This document shows positions 63,140-63,925 of a stretch of 63,925 nt of DNA, one piece after another. Numbering within the stretch: position 1 is the stretch's first letter; each line of letters starts with the position of its first letter. Origin of the DNA: Octopus bimaculoides (Eukaryota); assembly GCF_001194135.2 (NCBI RefSeq), contig NC_068986.1, positions 66,444,741 to 66,508,665 on the forward strand, read 5' to 3'. Under the pieces are notes generated by a model that had not been told where the DNA came from, searched no databases, and saw nothing but the letters and a program-made list of their open reading frames with translations. Both the position numbers and the translations under genes were made by a program.

Positions 63140-63606
63140 ATATCAATTTAAATAAGAGCTATAATGCAATCCATCGTAAAAACTTTTTTAGTGACCTATG
63201 TACATTTCGATGCAATATCCCAACTCACTCCTGTATGTTATAAAATATGGAATATTGTATCTCTTCAGGGTCAGATATGATTAATTCATAGCAGACAGTA
63301 AATAACAGACAACATTAATAGTTGTCCTTAAATTACATGTGTATAAACAGGTTGAAATGATATGAAACATATTGACAATATGTTTCATGTCATTTCAACC
63401 TGTTTATACACATGTAATTTAAGGACAACTATTAATGTTGTCTTATTTACTGTCTGCTATGAATTAATCAAATCTGACCCTGAAGAGATACAATATTCCA
63501 TATTTTATAACACAGGAGTGAGTCGGGATATTGCATCAAAATGTTCATAGGTCATTAAAAAAGTCTTTACAATGGATCACATTATAGCTCTTATTTAAAT
63601 TGATAT
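63140..63606. repeat. Near-perfect ~467-bp palindrome
   Basis: Centre gaaacatattg-a-caatatgtttc at 63375. Arms pair out to atatcaatttaaataagagctataatg / cattatagctcttatttaaattgatat. Confidence 0.97.
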
Positions 63607-63619
63607 GCACACAAAATTG

Positions 63620-63905
63620 TATGATTAACAACCTTTCATACGAGAATTTTGCTACGTTGATAACAGGTACAATATTTTTACCAAATTGTTGGTAGAGATC
63701 TAGAAATACAAATATCGCCATGATAGATCGCTGACCACAACATTCAAATTTTTTTCTCCGTGTTTTTCTCCTTATTCTTTCTGTTGAAGAGCGTAGCTTG
63801 AAACGCTAAAGACTTTCTCTATTCCTGAGCGTTAAACTAATACATCCTTTTGTTGTTTACACCACCTGTCCTCGTCTGTTGTTGTTTTTTTTGTAAATTC
63901 TCCCA
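63620..63905 (+). mobile_element. Penelope-like terminal repeat remnant next to (TA)n
   Basis: ttgaagagcgtagcttgaaacgct...agcgtt hammerhead-like remnant. Family assignment is from recall, not alignment. Confidence 0.35.
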
Positions 63906-63925
63906 TATATATATATATATATATA

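Noticed and set aside
1-63925. Prokaryotic-type systems (CRISPR arrays, operons, defence islands)
   Set aside because: The sequence is intron-rich eukaryotic DNA, and no regularly spaced repeat-spacer array was seen.
61122-63925. Search for the FBH1 Walker A (GTGKT) and F-box exons
   Set aside because: Not found; they presumably lie beyond the right end of the window.

Overview
AT-rich, repeat-dense eukaryotic DNA. The SINE/LINE families and the FBH1-like gene point to an octopus or other coleoid cephalopod (inference from repeat content). There are four N gaps and no prokaryotic features, rRNA, true tRNA or CRISPR. Nearly all ORFs in the supplied track are chance or repeat-derived, and the real genes are split into short exons that I assembled by hand. 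(1) A minus-strand F-box DNA helicase 1 (FBH1/FBXO18-like) gene has 11 phase-consistent exons at 40315-61121 encoding UvrD-type helicase motifs II-VI, plus a tentative terminal exon. Its F-box and Walker A exons lie beyond the window end. (2) A candidate plus-strand five-exon gene (CDS 4982-22197) encodes an unrecognised 134-aa basic protein and is convergent with FBH1. The rest is decayed Gypsy, RTE, CR1, L1/Tx1-like, CRE-like, mariner, hAT/piggyBac-type MITE, Helitron-like, Penelope-like and SINE sequence, plus microsatellites. The most striking observation is a ~580-bp inverted duplication inside FBH1. It copies a whole coding exon with both splice sites into the antisense orientation two introns downstream, so the pre-mRNA can pair over that exon. 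This is a candidate ADAR editing-complementary or splicing-control structure. Several other long inverted repeats lie in the same gene. Repeat boundaries are approximate and all alignments were done by eye.
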